Translations under genes and position numbers: made by a program
The notes under the pieces: generated by a model
Seen by the model: only the letters and a program-made list of their open reading frames with translations
Databases searched by the model: none
What the model was told of the DNA's origin: nothing
NCBI GenBank assembly: GCA_963714085.1
Contig: OY970229.1
Location: forward strand, 1,440,001-1,504,000
Reading direction: 5' to 3'
DNA: 64,000 bases
Origin: an uncultured Candidatus Micrarchaeota archaeon
GTDB taxonomy: Archaea > Micrarchaeota > Micrarchaeia > Anstonellales > Bilamarchaeaceae
Part shown: in pieces, positions 8,806 through 18,796 of the stretch
Position numbering within the stretch: the first letter of the stretch is position 1
Layout of the letters: the number at the start of each line of letters is the position of its first letter

Positions 8806-10932
8806 ATGCGATCCCCCGTGTGCGTCGTCCTGCTCGTGCTGCTAGCCGTAGGAGCGTCCATGTCCTTCGAGCCGAAGAACTACCTTTATGCGAACGAGAG
8901 CGGAGCGACAATCACAAACGCCAACTTCCAGCAGGGCGGGGCCAACTACACCATTGTGAGCATAAACGGGAACGCGGCGTTCCTGCTGCAGAACGGCCAA
9001 CCGCTCCAGGACCAGGCGACGATGACGCGGGTCCTTGGCAACTACTACACGCAGACATACTACCCGACCGCGGCGGAGATACGCCAGCTCAACGACTACC
9101 TGCTCGCATACAACAGGAGCAAGAACGCCGGGACCGTCAACACGCCCGGCGAGGGGGACGACAACTGCAGGGACGCGCTGTTCATAGACGGCCGCATCAT
9201 GAACGGGAACACTCCCGTCGTCTGCGTGGACGATGCGAGCTGCACCATCGCCGCGAGCTATCTCTTCGAATACGGCAGCGTCGCCTTCGGATGGGGCTCG
9301 CCGTCGCAAATACTGGACCCGCTGGAGAACTACTCCTACGCGAGCTACGGCTCGGAAAAGCTCATGAACCAGGACTTCGCGGCGCTGGCCACGCTCAATG
9401 CGAGCAACGTGTACCAGAACCTGCAGTCGATCCAGAGCTCCATACCCACGCTCCGTGGCTATGAGTACGACATGAAATCCAGTCCGTTCCGCTCGCCGGA
9501 CCTCAACGACCCCAACGACGTGGCGTCCTGCGAGGGCGTGTGCTGGGGGCTCTGCCCTCCGCTGAAATTCGACTCCACGCAGCTCCAGAGCCTGGATAGC
9601 GCCCTGAGCTCATTGATATCCCAGGTCGCCCCATTGGCCTCGCAGACAACGACCGGAAGCGGCGTATACGCGAGCACGATGTCGAGGCTAGAGGCGTTTG
9701 CGAACAAGGTCAACACGACCTATTACACCGGGCTCTACAGCCCGCTGGTCTCGGTCGCCGGGCCGGTCATGGCATCCGCCCAGACCACCAACTCGCTCAT
9801 ACAGAACGCCTCGCTCCAGGCGAACCTCTCCGCGCTCGAGAGCCTCAACAGCGGCATAAACTCCAGCATAAGCAGCGGGGATTTCGGCAGTCTCGACACC
9901 GAGCTGGCCCGCTACCAGGCGCTGATCCCGGTCGTGAACAATCTCTCCACCTCCGTATTCAGCGTCTACAACGCGAGTCTGGGCGCCAAGACGCGCGCCG
10001 ACACGATGGCATTCGTCCTGGAGGCTACGGACCTGGACCCGCTCGCAAGGGCGGATGCGGACACGCTCAAGAACAGGACGAACATGCTCGATGCCGGGTT
10101 CGCCAACGGGCTCCCGGAGCAGACATACGTTAATCTGACGAAGAATTATACGGACGTCTATTCGCAGAGCCAGGCGCTGCTCAGGCAGACCCGCGAGAAC
10201 CCCGGCGCCATGCTCCTCCTCAGCTTCAGGAGTTTCGCAGGCAAGATAAACCAGGGGCTCGCAGACAGCATAGGGTCAGCAAAGCTCATGCCGCTGAACA
10301 AGGTGCCGCAGAACCGGCTGCAGGTATTCGGCCTCTTCTCCCTGGCGACGTTCCTCTCGCTGGGCTCGCTGTGCCTGCTGGCGTTCCTATCGATCCTGGC
10401 CCTCAGGCAGTTCACGACCAGGTCCTCGAGATACATCCTCCTCGTCCTGTTCCTGCTATCCATGCTCTCGGTATCCACATTCGCGGCTTTCATGTACGTC
10501 TACCTGGATAAGACGTCGAGCCACGCGGACGTGGGCGAGTTCCTGGCGGACGCTGCGGCCAGGAACAGCAGCACGGTGCTCATAGACACGCAGACCGCGT
10601 CAGCGCTCGCAGTCGGCCCCATGCAGTCCTGCGGCGATTCCATAGCCCAGGCCCTGGTCGCAGGCAACAAGACCGTGACCCTGCTTTACCTCGGGCCGTC
10701 CGGCTGCACCGAGCAGTCCGGTCCAAGCGCCGTCAGCGTGACCAAGGCCGGGTGCCTCGGCAGCCTCGCCAACGCGTCCAGCGCCATCCTGCTCAACTAC
10801 TCGTCGTCCAGCGAGGTGTCGGATTTCAGCGTGATATACCGGGACCGCGCGGACATAGCGGCCGGGGTCCAGTATTACGACTCGTGCCCGCTCGCATCGC
10901 TCGAGAGTGATTTCTATGGCGGCGCCCACTAA
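8806..10932 (+). CDS. Large exported membrane glycoprotein, unknown function
   Basis: Signal peptide, many N-x-S/T sequons, Cys pairs, two internal TM helices and a Cys-containing C-terminal domain. Confidence 0.75.
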   Translation: MRSPVCVVLLVLLAVGASMSFEPKNYLYANESGATITNANFQQGGANYTIVSINGNAAFLLQNGQPLQDQATMTRVLGNYYTQTYYPTAAEIRQLNDYLLAYNRSKNAGTVNTPGEGDDNCRDALFIDGRIMNGNTPVVCVDDASCTIAASYLFEYGSVAFGWGSPSQILDPLENYSYASYGSEKLMNQDFAALATLNASNVYQNLQSIQSSIPTLRGYEYDMKSSPFRSPDLNDPNDVASCEGVCWGLCPPLKFDSTQLQSLDSALSSLISQVAPLASQTTTGSGVYASTMSRLEAFANKVNTTYYTGLYSPLVSVAGPVMASAQTTNSLIQNASLQANLSALESLNSGINSSISSGDFGSLDTELARYQALIPVVNNLSTSVFSVYNASLGAKTRADTMAFVLEATDLDPLARADADTLKNRTNMLDAGFANGLPEQTYVNLTKNYTDVYSQSQALLRQTRENPGAMLLLSFRSFAGKINQGLADSIGSAKLMPLNKVPQNRLQVFGLFSLATFLSLGSLCLLAFLSILALRQFTTRSSRYILLVLFLLSMLSVSTFAAFMYVYLDKTSSHADVGEFLADAAARNSSTVLIDTQTASALAVGPMQSCGDSIAQALVAGNKTVTLLYLGPSGCTEQSGPSAVSVTKAGCLGSLANASSAILLNYSSSSEVSDFSVIYRDRADIAAGVQYYDSCPLASLESDFYGGAH

Positions 10933-11428
10933 GAAGATCGCGGCCAAGCTGCCGATGGAGAATCTGAAGGTCGCCGCAACGGCCGTGATCGTCATCATCG
11001 CCCTCGTCATGGCGTACTACTTCCTCTACTACCAGTCCGGCCCGGCGTCGCCCAAGCTCGGCGCGCCAATCAACATGCCTACATTCGCGGCTCTGCTCTT
11101 GCAGGCGCAGAACGTCTACGTTGTCATGGATGTCAGCAACGCTACCGGGCAGGTCAAGCAGGGCATCATAGAATGCGGGGTGGATTTCGCAGGCAGCCCT
11201 GGCCTGGGGGGCAAGAACAAGACCTTTTTCTCCATAGACACCGGCGGGCATTGCATCGGCGCGAACGCCACCTACCCCAGCTCATGGTGCTTCGGGCAGA
11301 TGGAGAACGGCCTGAGCATACTGGTCCAGCCCGGCAACTCGACCTCGTTCTACACCAACGCGATGGTCGTTGGCATCGGAGACAATTACACTGCGGGAGG
11401 CTGCTCCGTCAACCTTGTGACCCAGTAG
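10916..11428 (+). CDS. Membrane-anchored 4-Cys protein, unknown function
   Basis: N-terminal TM helix; overlaps the upstream stop; resembles the C-terminal domain of the upstream gene. Confidence 0.7.
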   Translation: MAAPTKKIAAKLPMENLKVAATAVIVIIALVMAYYFLYYQSGPASPKLGAPINMPTFAALLLQAQNVYVVMDVSNATGQVKQGIIECGVDFAGSPGLGGKNKTFFSIDTGGHCIGANATYPSSWCFGQMENGLSILVQPGNSTSFYTNAMVVGIGDNYTAGGCSVNLVTQ

Positions 11429-11432
11429 GATC

Positions 11433-14180
11433 CTATCTCGTCTTGTACCTGAGAAACGCCCCGATCCCTCCGAAACCCGCCAGGAACTGCGCGCCCTCGG
11501 TCGTGTTCGTGGAGACGATCTCGACAGGGATGTTGTTGCCCTTGGCGAGCTCATCCAGGTAATCGAGCAGCAGGATGTCCTCCTTCAGCCTGTATGTCCC
11601 TTGCCTGCTGCAAGTGGGGCAATCGAGCGCCTCTGCCGGTTTCTCCTTGGTGAATATCTCGTCCGCAAAGCCGCACGAAGAGCACACGTAAGAAGCCTTC
11701 CGGTAAAGCAAACCCTCGGAGAGCAGCACCTTCTGCGCCTGCTTGCTGTTTATCGCGTCGCGGACCTGCTTGGCGCCGTAGGTGGCCAGGCCCTCGGAGA
11801 CGACCTCCTTCATGAACGAGTCCACGAGCTTCTTCTCCTTTATGGCCTCCTGGTCGGCGAGCAGCGATTCGCTCTTGGCGAGCACCTCGCGTATGCCGTA
11901 CTCGTCCGTGTAGCCCGTGTCCACGGGGCCCAGTATCTTGAGCTGGTAGTTGAACGGGGACGCTTTGAGGAAGTTGTCCTTGGTCGGGCCAGGGCCTCCC
12001 ACGAGTATGGCCTTTGTCCTGCCCAGGAAGTGCTCGTCCATGGACTCGCCCACGCGTATGTAATATTTCTCTATGGATTCCTCTATGAGGCGCTGGTACC
12101 GCCGGGCGCTGTTATGGACGATGAATCCGTTGGCGACGAAATTCGAATAGACGGGTATGGTGATATCATAGAAGTTTTCCTTGTTTTCGACCGCGCTCTT
12201 CTCGCTTATGGAAGCCACCGTCAGGTCGGAATTATAGAGGTCGAGGAGCCTTTTGTAAATCCTTTCTCCCCTTTCGCTGTATCGGCGCTTCTCAAAGACC
12301 CTGAGTATGTTATGCGCGAAGGCTTCCCTCCCGAGCGGTTTAAGGTTCCTGAAGAAGCAGCTCGCCGCATGGAAGTCCGAGGTCTTCAATCCAAGCTCCT
12401 TCGCCAGCCTGAAGACCTCCCTTCCGTCGATCGGTATCTGGTCGGTGTATTGCTGCCTGAGCGACTTGTCGCACGCCGCCTTCAGCCTCAGCTTCTTGTC
12501 CCTGCGGGTGAAGCCGACGCTCCGCCCGAATCGCCTGAGGGCGTTCCTGTCGCTTATGGAAACGCACCATTGCCTGTTTCCCGTGACGTTCTTCTCCGAG
12601 AATGAAGAGAGTATGCCGAGCCTGAGCAGGAGGAGCTGGACCTTCTGCAGCAGCGCCCGGTCGACCATCGCTATGTCGGCGCCACCGCTTCCCTTCAGGT
12701 ACCCCTCGGCATCGTAAAGCCCGGACAGGAACGCGGCTATCACCTTGTCATCGCACCTTGCAATGCCCTCCGGGATGTCGCGGCTGACCACGGAAACTAT
12801 CCCTGAAGCGATCTGTTTTATCGCGTCGACGAACTCCAGGGAATGTATCCTGATTTCGTAGTACTCCTTTTTCGCGAAACTCCCACGTTGCCCGGTTTTA
12901 TCCACGACGCGGACGACCGGTTCCACACCGATGGCCCTTCTGATGAGGCTGCAATAATCGTCAACAAGCTCCCTTCTGCCCTCGTATATTATTATCCTGT
13001 TCCCGTCCAAGGTCCCATCGCCGCATATTATCCCGAAAAGCCTCGCGAGGTCCTCGTTCCAATATTCGGGGAAGGCCAGCGTGTTACTCGCCAGCCTCTC
13101 CTCGTCAAGTCCGATGCCGTAAATCCTGTAAATCTCACGGAGGTGCGCGTCGGTCGGGGTCTGCTTCCCGCTCTCCATGAAGGAGATGACCATCTGGGTC
13201 ACACCAGCCCTGGAAGCGACCTGCTTCTGTAAAAGCCCCATCCTCAGGCGCGCCTGTTTCAGCCTGCGCCGCTCCTTTTCGTCAAGCACGATGCGCGTTT
13301 TCGGGACGAAGCCGGTTTTCACCCGGCCTGCGTTGCAGTTGATCTTTCTCGCCATGACCAGCCTGTCGTTCTCATCCAGGTCTTTGGCGAACTTCTCCTT
13401 TATCCCGAACTCGCTGAGCACGAAGAACCTGTGATACGGGGTCGCCCTTATCTCGCATGATGGGGCCCGCGTCCTGATGATTATGGAATGCCTAGCCGGA
13501 GTCACGAAACGGTCGGAAACCGGCACCGGGGTCGTCCTAGAACTTTGCATGTCGAGCCCGACCACACCGCGCCCTTCCTCCAGCGTCTCGATGCCCGCAA
13601 TCGCCCCATCCTCCCTGACGACCAGTGTCCCCGCGGAGAGGCACTGCCCTCCCTTCTTGATCTTCTGGTGCGCGGTGGAGTTCATCTTCTTCAGTATGTG
13701 TATCTCCGTGCCCCGCACGAGCGCCAGAGTCGCCTCCCTGCCGTCCATGACCACCACGCCGTAGGAGTCCGTGACCTCCACCATGCGCTGGAGCGGCTCC
13801 AGGAAGAAGCGCGAATCGCAGCGGTAGATCCCGACCTGCAGCTGCTGCGGCGGCTCGAGCGAGAATATCTCTATGTCCGTCTTGGCCGGGTTGTCGGATA
13901 TGTTGCCGCAGAAGACCGCGATGCCGTTCTCCGGCGCCTTCTTGAACAGCTTCAGGTGGCCCATTATCCTCTCGAGGGCGCCCATCACGTTCGTGCGCGT
14001 GGACTTGGATTTTATGTTGGACGCCTGGGAGAGCTCCTCCCGCAGCTTGTTGCCCATCTCGTGCACCGGCGAGCCGGCCGGTATGTAGACCGATATGAGC
14101 TGGGTGCCGCTGCCCTTGTACTCTCCCAGCTTCCTCAGCATCTTCTTGAGGGTGTAGACCTTTTCGCTGTCGACCACCAT
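11433..14180 (-). CDS. prf1: Peptide chain release factor aRF1, intein-containing
   Basis: GSGTQLISVYIP, ASNIKS, YRCDSRF, GGQ|intein|SARRY and FGGIGAFLRY; 404 aa after intein removal. Confidence 0.95.
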   Translation of the reverse strand: MVVDSEKVYTLKKMLRKLGEYKGSGTQLISVYIPAGSPVHEMGNKLREELSQASNIKSKSTRTNVMGALERIMGHLKLFKKAPENGIAVFCGNISDNPAKTDIEIFSLEPPQQLQVGIYRCDSRFFLEPLQRMVEVTDSYGVVVMDGREATLALVRGTEIHILKKMNSTAHQKIKKGGQCLSAGTLVVREDGAIAGIETLEEGRGVVGLDMQSSRTTPVPVSDRFVTPARHSIIIRTRAPSCEIRATPYHRFFVLSEFGIKEKFAKDLDENDRLVMARKINCNAGRVKTGFVPKTRIVLDEKERRRLKQARLRMGLLQKQVASRAGVTQMVISFMESGKQTPTDAHLREIYRIYGIGLDEERLASNTLAFPEYWNEDLARLFGIICGDGTLDGNRIIIYEGRRELVDDYCSLIRRAIGVEPVVRVVDKTGQRGSFAKKEYYEIRIHSLEFVDAIKQIASGIVSVVSRDIPEGIARCDDKVIAAFLSGLYDAEGYLKGSGGADIAMVDRALLQKVQLLLLRLGILSSFSEKNVTGNRQWCVSISDRNALRRFGRSVGFTRRDKKLRLKAACDKSLRQQYTDQIPIDGREVFRLAKELGLKTSDFHAASCFFRNLKPLGREAFAHNILRVFEKRRYSERGERIYKRLLDLYNSDLTVASISEKSAVENKENFYDITIPVYSNFVANGFIVHNSARRYQRLIEESIEKYYIRVGESMDEHFLGRTKAILVGGPGPTKDNFLKASPFNYQLKILGPVDTGYTDEYGIREVLAKSESLLADQEAIKEKKLVDSFMKEVVSEGLATYGAKQVRDAINSKQAQKVLLSEGLLYRKASYVCSSCGFADEIFTKEKPAEALDCPTCSRQGTYRLKEDILLLDYLDELAKGNNIPVEIVSTNTTEGAQFLAGFGGIGAFLRYKTR
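12111..13643 (-). mobile_element. Intein (511 aa) with XRE-type HTH and LAGLIDADG endonuclease in aRF1
   Basis: Starts CLSAGT after GGQ; TPYHRF block B; GIICGDG and LSGLYDAEG motifs; ends YDITI..NFVANGFIVHN followed by Ser. Confidence 0.95.
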
Positions 14181-14181
14181 G

Positions 14182-14742
14182 TTACTTGACCACGACCTCT
14201 ACCCTGCCATCCTCGAGGAAATACTTCATGCCGACTATCTTCAATTTCCCCTCGGACTCCAGGTGCTTGACTATCCCGCTCTTCCTCCTTATCTCCCTTA
14301 TCACCGACTTTATGTTGGCGGTCGCGGACTTCTCCACGTCCCCCGCGCCACGCTTGACCGGGCCGCGCAGCTTCTTCATTATCGCGGCTATGTTCGGCGG
14401 GCTCTCGCCGCCCTTGCACGCCGCGGTCACCGCGCCGCACTTCTCATGGCCCATGACCACGAGCAGCGGGGTATGCAAGTGCTCGGTCCCGTACTCTATG
14501 CTTCCCAGCATTATCTTGTCCATGACGTTGCCCGCGTTCCTCACCACGAAGACGTCCCCGAGCCCCTGGTCGAATATGAACTCCGGGGACACGCGCGAGT
14601 CCGAGCAGGTCACGACCGTGACGAACGGCGTCTGGCCGTCCTTGGTCTCGCTGCGCCTGGCCTTCATGTCCTTCGGGGCCAGCGCGCCTTCGACGTATCT
14701 TTTGTTCCCTTCCAACAGCCTGTCTATCTCAGCCATCATCAC
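14182..14742 (-). CDS. Beta-class carbonic anhydrase
   Basis: CSDSRV, RNAGN and GHEKCGAV motifs. Confidence 0.92.
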   Translation of the reverse strand: MMMAEIDRLLEGNKRYVEGALAPKDMKARRSETKDGQTPFVTVVTCSDSRVSPEFIFDQGLGDVFVVRNAGNVMDKIMLGSIEYGTEHLHTPLLVVMGHEKCGAVTAACKGGESPPNIAAIMKKLRGPVKRGAGDVEKSATANIKSVIREIRRKSGIVKHLESEGKLKIVGMKYFLEDGRVEVVVK

Positions 14743-14843
14743 ACCTTCAAGTGGGCGTCAAACGTCTTCTATTGCCCTGCGACCTTTTATTAATATTATG
14801 CCGGATAAGCTTATTTTGTAATAACATCTTCAGGGCAACAAAC

Positions 14844-17800
14844 ATGTGCGGCATCATCGGCTATGTCGGCAACAGGAAGGCTTCCGAAGTCATCACCGAA
14901 GGTCTCAAAAGGCTCGAGTACCGCGGCTACGACTCGGTGGGCATGGCCGTGTCACAGGGCAGTTCGATAGAGCTGCGCAAGGACAAGGGCATGGTGGAGC
15001 AGGTCTCCGATGCGCTGGATTTCACCAGCGTGTCCGGAACCATGGGCCTCGGCCACTGCCTGCATCCTGACACCATGGTCCAGCTCATGGACGGGACCGT
15101 TTGCCGGATAGGCGCTGTCAAAGATGGCGATGCAGTCAGCTCCATGGACTTCGGGTCTCTCCGGTTGCACCAGCGGGACTGCAGGGTCATGCGCCACCGC
15201 GCCCCCCAGGAGATGTTCGAGATCAGGACCCCGGCGAATTCCATAACCTGCACCGGAGAGCATCGGATGTTCGTAGCACAGGGTGATGGCTTTGTCGAGA
15301 GGGCCGCCTCCGAGTTGCGCAGAGGTGACCTCCTTCTCTGCGTTTCCAGAATCGCGGTGGCCGGCGTCTCGCAGCCACTTTCCCCGGTTTCGGTAAAACG
15401 ATACTACGCGTACACTAAATCCACTGTAGGACGTTTTAAGGAGTTCCTGAGAAAAAACAACTTGGAAATCGCAGAAGCGGCATATCACATGGGCGTGAGC
15501 AAGTCTGTCTTACGCCATTTTCTTGGCATGGACCGCAATCTCGAGGAAGCATATCTTGAAAAGCTATGCGTGTTCGCTGACATCGAGAAGGATGAGTTCA
15601 CCCCGGTGCATTCCATACACGGGAAAAACATAACGCTTCCTGCCAGGACCAGCGAAGACCTTCTTCAATTCATGGGCTATCTCACTGGCGATGGCTATAT
15701 AGGCCCGAGGCACATTCGCTTCAAGGATGCCCGCAAAGAGGTCTTGGAGAAGTACGCGGTGCTCGCGAAACAGCTATTCAACCTGGACAGCAAGATAATC
15801 AAGCTTCCAGAAGCTGACGCTTTTATGCTCGAGATGAACAGCAAATTCGTCTGTGACTGGATGCGCCTCAATTTCCATGAGATTTACAAGAAAGGCAAGG
15901 AAAAACGCCTCCCGGTCTGGCTCGGAAGAGTGCCTGATGACGAATTGCGCGGTTTCATAAGAGGCTTTTTCGATGCTGAATCCGCTTGCGCTACCACGTC
16001 TCACCAACTGGTTCTCGTGAGCACGGTTGAGACTATCATCCGGACGTTACAACTCTTTCTTCTGCGTTTCGGCATCCTTTCGTCTTTAATGAAAAGGCGG
16101 ACGGAATGGGGGCCGGCGTTCTCATTGAGCCTGAACACTTACGATGACATCTCGAAATTCGTGAGATGCGTTGGTTTGACATCAAGCGAGAAGAACCATA
16201 AACTCGAGCGAATTCTCTCCGAGATGACGCCCGGCTTGTCTTTCACCTACAAGCCGATTCCGATGCGCAATGAAGCCATAAAACGCAGGTATGGAGTAGA
16301 TCATGCAGGCCCCGGCAATTCCTACATGAGTCCTATGGTAGCTAAGAGGCTGGTCACACAGCTTGAAGACGACGGGGACCCTGCCGCCGGACAACTCGGC
16401 AGATATCTTGATTCCGATGTCATATTCCAGGAGATCTTCGAGATAACACGCCACGCGTCTGATATCGAGTATGTATACGATATTGAAGTTCCTGGTACTG
16501 AAAACTTCGTCGCAAATGCTCTGATAAGCCACAATTCCCGCTGGGCGACGCACGGCGCGCCATGCAAGGAGAACGCGCATCCCTTCGTGGACTGCACGAA
16601 GAAAATCGCCCTAGCGCACAACGGGGTGCTGGAGAACTACCTGGAGCTCAAAGACGGGCTGAAGAAATCAGGCCACAAGTTCAGCTCCGAGACGGATTCC
16701 GAAGTCGTGGTCCACTTGGTGGAAGAGGAGAGGAAGAAGCTCCCGCCGCTCAAGGCGTTCATGGCCGCGGTCAAGAGGCTGAAGGGCTCCTACGCGCTGC
16801 TCTGCACCATGGCGGACGGAGCGGAGACGCTCTACTGCGCGAGGAGGAACAGCCCGCTGGTGCTCGGCATCGGAGAAGGCGAGATGTTCGCGGCGTCCGA
16901 CATCCCGGCCATGCTCGCTTATACGAAGACGTTCGTGCCGCTGGAGGAAGGGGACATCGCGGCGCTTTCCAAGAACGGGTACAAGGTCTACGACGTCAGC
17001 GGCAAGGAGGCGACCAGGAAATCCATCACTGTGGACTGGGACCTGGATATGGCTGAGAAAGGAGGCTATCCGCATTTCATGCTCAAGGAGATAATGGACC
17101 AGAAGCACTTCGTGCGGGAGAGCCTCGCCGCGGATGTCACGAAGGCAAGGTCGCTGCTCGACTCCCATGACGACATAGACATAATAGCCTGCGGGACGTC
17201 CTACCACGCGGGCACGATGCTCAAGATACTCCTCTCGAAGGAGCTGGGGAAAAGGGCCGAGGCGTTCATCGCGTCCGAATATCCGTTCGTCGCGAACCCG
17301 GACAAGAAGACGCTCATCATCGCGATATCTCAGTCCGGCGAGACCGCGGACACCATGCAGGCCGTGAGGTTCGCGAAAAGCAGGGGCTCCAAGGTGCTCA
17401 GCCTCACAAACGTGGTCGAGTCCTCCATCACACGCATATCGGACGAGGTCGTCTACCTGAACGCGGGGCCGGAGATATCCGTCGCTGCCACCAAGACGTT
17501 CACTTCACAGGCCGCCGTGATATACAAGCTCGTCCTGGGTTCCGGGAGGCTCGCCGCGGTCCCGTCGCTCATAGAGAAGGCGATGGACGAGGAGAGCGCC
17601 ATCAGGGCGGTGGCGGCCAAGATCTCGGACAAGAAGGACATGTTCTTCATAGGCAGGGGGCTGAACTACCCGGTCGCCATGGAGGGCGCGCTCAAGCTCA
17701 AGGAGATATCCTATCTGCACGCGGAGGCGTACGCCGGAGGGGAACTGAAGCACGGCCCGCTCAGCCTGATAGAAAAAGGGGTCCCGGTGGTCGCAGTGGC

Positions 17801-18065
17801 TCCAAAAGACGATTCCCTCGCAAAGATATTCGGCAACATAAAGGAGGTCAAGGCAAGGGGCGCGTTCGTGGTCGCGCTCACGGACGACGAGGACGTGCGC
17901 AGGGAGGCGGACGTCTCCATCCCGCTGCCTTCCAGTGCGGACACCGTGCTATATCCTTTCCCGGAGATAATCATACTGCAATTGCTCGCCTACCACGTTT
18001 CAGTCCTGCGCGGCATAAACCCGGACCGCCCCAGGAACCTCGCAAAGAGCGTGACAGTGGAATAG
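14844..18065 (+). CDS. glmS: Glutamine-fructose-6-phosphate aminotransferase, intein-containing
   Basis: MCGIIG start, EYRGYDS, GH|intein|SRWATHG, SQSGET and NLAKSVTVE. Confidence 0.97.
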   Translation: MCGIIGYVGNRKASEVITEGLKRLEYRGYDSVGMAVSQGSSIELRKDKGMVEQVSDALDFTSVSGTMGLGHCLHPDTMVQLMDGTVCRIGAVKDGDAVSSMDFGSLRLHQRDCRVMRHRAPQEMFEIRTPANSITCTGEHRMFVAQGDGFVERAASELRRGDLLLCVSRIAVAGVSQPLSPVSVKRYYAYTKSTVGRFKEFLRKNNLEIAEAAYHMGVSKSVLRHFLGMDRNLEEAYLEKLCVFADIEKDEFTPVHSIHGKNITLPARTSEDLLQFMGYLTGDGYIGPRHIRFKDARKEVLEKYAVLAKQLFNLDSKIIKLPEADAFMLEMNSKFVCDWMRLNFHEIYKKGKEKRLPVWLGRVPDDELRGFIRGFFDAESACATTSHQLVLVSTVETIIRTLQLFLLRFGILSSLMKRRTEWGPAFSLSLNTYDDISKFVRCVGLTSSEKNHKLERILSEMTPGLSFTYKPIPMRNEAIKRRYGVDHAGPGNSYMSPMVAKRLVTQLEDDGDPAAGQLGRYLDSDVIFQEIFEITRHASDIEYVYDIEVPGTENFVANALISHNSRWATHGAPCKENAHPFVDCTKKIALAHNGVLENYLELKDGLKKSGHKFSSETDSEVVVHLVEEERKKLPPLKAFMAAVKRLKGSYALLCTMADGAETLYCARRNSPLVLGIGEGEMFAASDIPAMLAYTKTFVPLEEGDIAALSKNGYKVYDVSGKEATRKSITVDWDLDMAEKGGYPHFMLKEIMDQKHFVRESLAADVTKARSLLDSHDDIDIIACGTSYHAGTMLKILLSKELGKRAEAFIASEYPFVANPDKKTLIIAISQSGETADTMQAVRFAKSRGSKVLSLTNVVESSITRISDEVVYLNAGPEISVAATKTFTSQAAVIYKLVLGSGRLAAVPSLIEKAMDEESAIRAVAAKISDKKDMFFIGRGLNYPVAMEGALKLKEISYLHAEAYAGGELKHGPLSLIEKGVPVVAVAPKDDSLAKIFGNIKEVKARGAFVVALTDDEDVRREADVSIPLPSSADTVLYPFPEIIILQLLAYHVSVLRGINPDRPRNLAKSVTVE
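15057..16535 (+). mobile_element. Intein (493 aa) with LAGLIDADG endonuclease in glmS
   Basis: CLHPDT...TGEHRM...GYLTGDG...IRGFFDAE...VYDIEV..NFVANALISHN followed by Ser; visibly more AT-rich than the host gene. Confidence 0.95.
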
Positions 18066-18091
18066 GTTCTTCCAGAGCAGGCCACGCGGCT

Positions 18092-18739
18092 TCAGGTGCC
18101 GAGCATCGTTACGAGCTCCCCTTCCGCGTCCCCGATTTTGCAATTGAACGTTATGAGCTCGTAGTGTTCCTTCAGCGTTTCGATCATCTCGACCGCATGC
18201 GCCAGCCCGACGACCGCGATGTCCGGCTCGGTCTCAGATACCCTCTGGGCGGAATAGTGGCTTCTGAGGCTTGCCAGCTGTTTCATTCTGGCGATTAGCT
18301 GCTCCATGGTCGGGTATTCGGTGTTCATCTCCAGGGACCGTTCCAGGCTTCGCTTCTGGCCGCTCAGAGGAACGCATGCCTCGGGCGCCCCATATAGCCC
18401 TATCTGCGCCAGTCTCGACCCCACCAAGGCCAGGTGCGCCTGGACACGTTCCAATTTTAAGCGGCCCTCGCGCATCGCTCTGGAGATCCCCATCGCCTTG
18501 AACTCCTCCCAGAGCTCGGGTTTCTCAAGCAGGACAGTATCCACCCCTTTGGCGCGCAGGTCATGATAGATGTCGCCGAAGTAGTCGACCTTGGTAAAAG
18601 ACGTCCGGTAATCCTCCCTCAGCTCCAGGCCCACGCTCCTGGGCTTCCTTCTGTCCAACTCGGCTATCAGGTCGCGCATCTCTTTCGCGTCCCTGTGCAT
18701 GACGGCGATGAGGCTCTTCTTCTGGAACGATAACTGCAT
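18092..18739 (-). CDS. Hypothetical protein
   Basis: 215-aa ORF with AT-rich TATA upstream; VGLE and VVGLAH weakly recall the TraB/EreA-like fold. Confidence 0.6.
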   Translation of the reverse strand: MQLSFQKKSLIAVMHRDAKEMRDLIAELDRRKPRSVGLELREDYRTSFTKVDYFGDIYHDLRAKGVDTVLLEKPELWEEFKAMGISRAMREGRLKLERVQAHLALVGSRLAQIGLYGAPEACVPLSGQKRSLERSLEMNTEYPTMEQLIARMKQLASLRSHYSAQRVSETEPDIAVVGLAHAVEMIETLKEHYELITFNCKIGDAEGELVTMLGT

Positions 18740-18796
18740 AAATATATATTAAATACAACAATTTATAAACGCTTCCGGCGCCCTGATGAGAGGGCG

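Noticed and set aside
14182..14742. Functional link between carbonic anhydrase and aRF1 (1-nt gap)
   Set aside because: Tight packing is common in this window and nothing else supports a link
18066..18091. Possible fourth 3'-end duplication (PQQ gene tail) beside ORF 18092..18739
   Set aside because: Only about 7+4 matching bases, not distinguishable from chance
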